Assembly (NCBI GenBank): GCA_044892505.1
Contig: CM097883.1
Coordinates: 349,680,001 to 349,744,000, forward strand
Origin: Schmidtea nova
Lineage: Eukaryota
Direction of reading: 5' to 3'
Length of the DNA: 64,000 nucleotides
The translations under genes and the position numbers were made by a program. The notes below the pieces were generated by a model, which saw only the letters and a list, made by a program, of their open reading frames with translations, had not been told where the DNA came from and searched no databases. Each line of letters begins with the position of its first letter. The first letter of the stretch is position 1. Shown here in pieces: positions 58,789-64,000 of the stretch.

Positions 58789-61130
58789 AAAATAACTAAA
58801 AATGATGAAAATGTTAAATGAAAAACCTCAATTATCGAAAAAATGTTTAACGAAGAAAAACCGAAAAACTTCAAACGATAAATAATATGGACAAATTCCG
58901 ACCAATGAAACTATTTCACAATTATAGGCTGTATTTCTTGATCAATCCAATCGATATGAAATTTACAAATTCAACCAAGCTTTGAAAAACTCCTTATTTT
59001 CAACTGATCGCTACTTTATCAGTTACGGATATTGATTCTATTAATGAAGTGTTTTGAAAAATCAATACCAGACTAAAGTGCACAGCATTTCTAAGTGATA
59101 GAAAAAATCGATTTTATGATGCTTTCCAAGAAATAATATTCAAGGACGATGATAACTTGGTACTGTCAAACACAATTCTTGGTTTCAAAGACGACCAAAA
59201 CGATGTATGTTCAAAAATTTGGAGAATTAATAGAACTACAATATCTATTGATTTTCAAATGTATTGGAAAGAAATATTTTAGTCAATGAATCTTTTCTTT
59301 TGTTATAAAAGTAGAAAAATAAAAATATATAAAATATTGTGATGGGATAATGTTAAAATTTTTATTAAGTAATTAAAATTTTTAAAAAATCTGATTTTGT
59401 AGAGAATTCTTTTCTCGTTAAAATGATCAATAACTTTTTAAAGTCCGATATGTAGAAAACTTTAAATTTTAATAAGATTTAAATTTTTTTTATTTTTTTA
59501 GTATCTTGAGTATCCCAAGTACTACTAGAACAAATCGAAAATCATTTTATAGGGAATTTGAGTCTTTCAATATCTGTAATTAAATATTGTTGAGAAGTTT
59601 GAGAAAATTTTGATTCTTTACCTTGGACCATTATATGCCTAATGCTGGGTTGTTGGTGAAATTTAAAAGTTATGAATCAAATCGCTGACTCCAAATCGTG
59701 CTTTTTATTGATTCTTCAAATAACAATTTTCAGGCAATATAAACCTTTATTGATAATCACAGTTAATTACACAAATTTGAAAAACCCGATCAATTCAACA
59801 CTGGAGTAGGAAATTATACGGAGATTAATACAACACTTCGTGAGGAATAGCTCTAAGTGTATAATTCCCCAATACTCTAACAATCGTTAGCCGCTGATTT
59901 GACTCAACAATTTGGTAAATTGGTTTCGATTGTCCTCGTGCTTTTACTTTACATTATTAAATATACTCTGATTCCTTTATTTTAATTCAGATTTCGTCAC
60001 ACCGTTTAATTAAATTATCTCGATATTGGTTTCCTACAATATCACGCAGCTTATTCTTCTACTGCTTTCTCCCACAACTTTTCCAAATACCTCTAAATTC
60101 TCAATTACAAATTTCTCTAATTCACTTTTAAATTACAAATCAAATTCTCTACTAAAATTTCAAATATCGCACACTTCTCAAATTCAATTTTTAACACCAC
60201 TTAACTTTCTGATTAAACTTTCCTTTTATAGCTCGTCAGTTTCCGGCACTCGTGATAATTTGTTTTTCTACGTAGCGAGAATTCAAATGTTAAATTGATC
60301 TAAGAATAACTTATTTATTTGTGATATAAATAACGTGTTTCCAAGCATTTAGTTTTTAACTTATTTAAACAATAAAAATTATAAAAATTAACAATTACAA
60401 AAGTTGATTACAGCATTTTCCATATTTTATCGAGTTCCTACATGATCTCCGACCGCTGTCAAGATATAGATTTTGTTTTCCAATTTTGGAATTAATTCTC
60501 ATTTTGTACTTATTAATTATTAATGACCTTTCTCTACTTTGTTCTTTAATTTCTTTTATTTTGTTAGTACTTCCTTCGTTCTCAATTTTTGCTTTTTCGT
60601 TTTCTTCTCCAAATCCCAGAATACTATCTCAATCACCCTATCACTTTTCCCCTAATTTATTCCATTTATTTATTATTTAGGTATCCTCAACACTAAGAAT
60701 CTTTTATACTTTTAAACTCCCCATCACAAAGATCATCTTTTGAAATACTTTTTGTCAAATATAAAACTTTTCGACACTTTGACCCACCGTAAAACCCTTG
60801 AAAAAATTATCATCATACGCGTTACATGATTTTCTATTGATACAAACCAAAAAAATCTTTAATTTTTTCGACCCTTTGAAGGTTTTGAACTCATCAAGTT
60901 TAATCATCACCAACAAACTCACCATGTATTTTGCTATTGACTGATATAAAAGTAATAAAATTTGTAAGATTTTTAAACCTTTAAAGGTTTTTATCCATCC
61001 ATAAAACCTTCGAAATTATCGTTATCAAACTCAATTAAAAATGTCAATTTTTAATTTTTCTAAATTTTTCATTACTTTTTGTACTTATTTATAAATTGTG
61101 AATTTAACACTTTTGTTGGCACCATAGTAG

Positions 61131-61147
61131 TGCTGGGTTCATGGAGG
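61131..61147 (-). repeat. First 17 nt of a family B LTR, immediately interrupted by a hAT insertion
   Basis: TGCTGGGTTCATGGAGG is identical to 36841-36857. A PBS-like TGGTGCCAAC lies 6 nt inside on the minus strand. Confidence 0.6.
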
Positions 61148-64000
61148 CAGGGGCGCTCCAAGCGGGCGTGCAACGCGTGCGTGGCACGCAGGCGGCCGTT
61201 TGAAAGGCGGCAAATTAAAAAAATGCATTTGCAAAAACAACAATTTCATTTTGTAAAATTCATTTTTTCATTTTGTAAAATAAAAAAAAAGTTTCGACTA
61301 TTTTGTTACTGAACCGTTCAGTAACAAAATAGTCGAAACTTTTTTTATATATCTGTCTTGGCTTGTCATTGACAAATACTATTACACTAAATAACTTTGA
61401 CAAGTTGTCAAAGTCATTTAGTGTTTTAATTTTTGATTCAAAACAACATTAATATTTCCAGTTTTTAAATTTATAAAAATCAATAAGATTTTTATTTTAA
61501 AAAAAAATAGAGATATATAATATTAGATTAGAAAGCAGGATTGTATTATAGAATTTGGTAAGTATAATGCAACTTTTTCTATATTTTTGTTATTGTACGT
61601 TAGATATTTATTATTTGTATTATTTGCACCATTAGATATGACCGGAAGAAAAACAAAACGTTTATCTGGCGCACAATACAAAAAGCAGCGTTTAAATAAA
61701 CTGAAATCAATGCAGAGTTTGAAGAATTCGCTTTTAAAATATTTTGAAAATACACCAACAGCGTCGTCAAGCACACCTATAGAAATAGAAAATAATGTTA
61801 CCATATCTGTTGACGATAATAAAAGTTCTAGCGATAGCGATGAGAATGAATATGAAATTTTTACAGAAATTCGGTCTGAAAATTCATCTGTTGGAAATTC
61901 ATCTGACGAAAATTGTGAAGCAAATATAATATTGGACGATCCAGGTATGTGGGCAAATAATATATCAAGTATTACCGCACGTAACCTTGTTGAAAGAGGA
62001 CCAATTCAAATAAAAAATTTCGAATTTCCATTGTCAAGTGGGCGTAAATTTTCAAAAAAGTATTATTTAAGACAATTGCCGAACGGAGAAGAAACACAAC
62101 GCGAATGGCTTGTGTATTCAATTACTAAAAATTCTGTGTATTGTTTTTGCTGTAGGATATTTGATTTCAGTGATAAAAGCAGTCTATCCGATTCATCTGG
62201 TTTTTCTGATTGGCAACATTTATCGTTAACTTTGTCTCGACATGAAAAAAGTCAGTTTCATAATGAAAATATAAAAAAATGGATATTGTTAAAAAAATCA
62301 TTAAAAAATAATACTACAGTTGATAGTGCGAACCAAAGTCTATTACAAACCGAACGAAAGTATTGGTATGAAGTAATTCAACGAATAATATCTATTATTC
62401 AATATCTTTCTAGGCAATGCCTTGCCATAAGAGGAAAGTCAAATCAATTATATGCAAATAACAATGGAAACTTTTTGAAAGCAGTAGAAATGGTTGCCAG
62501 ATTTGACCCTATTATGCAAGAGCATGTACAACGGATTGAAAAGTCTCGAAACAATTTGAAATATATGCCTCATTATTTGGGGGATAAAATACAAAACGAA
62601 ATTATCAATATTATTAGCACAAGTATTAAAAACGCTATATTAGATTTAATTAGAAAAGCAAAATATTTTTCAATTATATTAGATTGCACACCAGATGTTA
62701 GTCATACTGAGCAATTAACTATTGTAATAAGAATTGTGAATTTGTAATCAAAAAAAATTGAAATACGTGAACATTTTTTGGGTTTCTATCAAATAACAAA
62801 TACTACCGGCGAGGGGTTAACCGAATTTGTTTCAAAAGAACTTTCAAATCTTAATTTAAATATTCATAATATGCGTGGACAGGGATATGACAATGGTGCC
62901 AATATGCGAGGAAAGCATAATGGCTTACAAAAAAGAATTTTAAATATCAACCCGCGAGCATTTTTTGTACCATGTTCTGCTCATAGCTTAAATTTAGTTG
63001 TTAATGATGCGGCACATATTTCACATGAAACAGTAACATTTTTTGATTTAGTACAAGAAATATATGTAGTTTTTTCGGCGTCAACTAAAAGATGGGCGAT
63101 AATAGTAAAATATTTACCGAATTTAAAATTAAAACCCCTGAGCGATACAAGGTGGTCAAGTAGAATTGATGCCATACAACCACTAAGGTATCATACTGAA
63201 CAAATTTATAAATCTCTTCTTGAAATATCAAATGATCAATTGATTGACTTTAAAACCAGACATGTGGCAAATTCTCTTTCACTAAAAATATCAAGTTATC
63301 GTTATTTATGTTCCATTGTTATTTGGCATGAAATTTTGATGAAAATTAAAGTTGTTAGTCAAATATTACAGAACCCAAACACCGATATCAATAGAAGCGT
63401 TACCGCGTTAGATGATTTAATAGAGTTTTTTAAAAATTGTCGTAATGATAATGGATTTGAAAAAATGCTTACATCAGCTAGTGAATTAGCCGAAAAATTA
63501 CACGTAGAACCTAAATTTCTAGAAGTTTCAAGTTTAAGAATAAGAAGAAAAACAACAAATTTTGATTATGAAGGCAAGGATGAACCAATATTAGATCCAA
63601 AAACAAATTTTAAAATTAACTTTTATTTCTGCATTATCGACCAAGCATTAGTATCAATTACAACAAGATACGAAGCGTTAAAATCGTATAATGATATATT
63701 TGGATTTATGTATAATATTAAAGATATAACAGAAGAAATACTTTTGAAAAGCTGCAAAGATTTACATTTGAAATTAACTGACGAACAAAGAAATGAGTCC
63801 GATATTAATGGAATTGATTTATTCGAAGAGATAAAAACTATAAAGGTATTTTTAAAAGAAGAAGATATTAAACCTCAATCTATATTATTATATATTTTAC
63901 AAAATGATCTTCAGGCAACATTCCCAAATATATTTATTGTGACCAGAATTCTATTAACATTACCAATCTCAGTTGCAACAGGTGAAAGATCGTTTTCAAA
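61148..64000 (+). mobile_element. hAT (Tip100/ZMYM1-like) DNA transposon running off the window
   Basis: CAGGGGCG terminus followed by a near full-length transposase. Confidence 0.9.
61638..64000 (+). pseudogene. hAT transposase with an in-frame stop at 62745-62747
   Basis: WLVYS..VYCFCC TTF zinc finger, LDCTPDVSHTEQL, RGQGYDNGANM, PCSAHSLNL, SDTRWSSR and LPISVATGERSF. Confidence 0.9.

Noticed and set aside
59644-61050. Another LTR start (TGCTGGGTTGTTGG) and a possible decayed gag
   Set aside because: No matching end, TSD, PBS or convincing open frame.

Overview
This is AT-rich eukaryotic (probably invertebrate) DNA made almost entirely of nested transposable elements, with one assembly gap at 8016-8203. 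I found no intact host gene, rRNA, tRNA or CRISPR array. The centrepiece is a complete 13.9-kb Ty3/gypsy-type LTR retroelement on the minus strand (13927-27871; 1141-bp LTRs, PBS, 4-bp TSD CAGT). Its coding region appears to be one broken ~3,000-aa polyprotein: Gag-CCHC, ubiquitin-like domain, AT-hook, Bcl-2-like domain, internal signal peptide, chuvirus-like glycoprotein (env placed BEFORE pol), PR-RT-RH-IN, then a second type I membrane protein. A separate DEDDh-exonuclease-like ORF follows and runs into the 3' LTR. It sits among related multi-kb LTRs (labelled here A, B, C, E) that themselves encode small proteins (coiled coil plus Arg-rich tail; a YKWRR family) and share a conserved ~100-nt motif. 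Next to LTR B are an intronless frameshifted TRAF gene and a decayed YTH domain. DNA transposons include a Chapaev element with 130-bp TIRs and 4-bp TSD, three hAT elements, a hAT MITE and a pogo remnant. Most oriented elements lie on the minus strand. Domain calls come from motif recognition by eye; no database searches were run.
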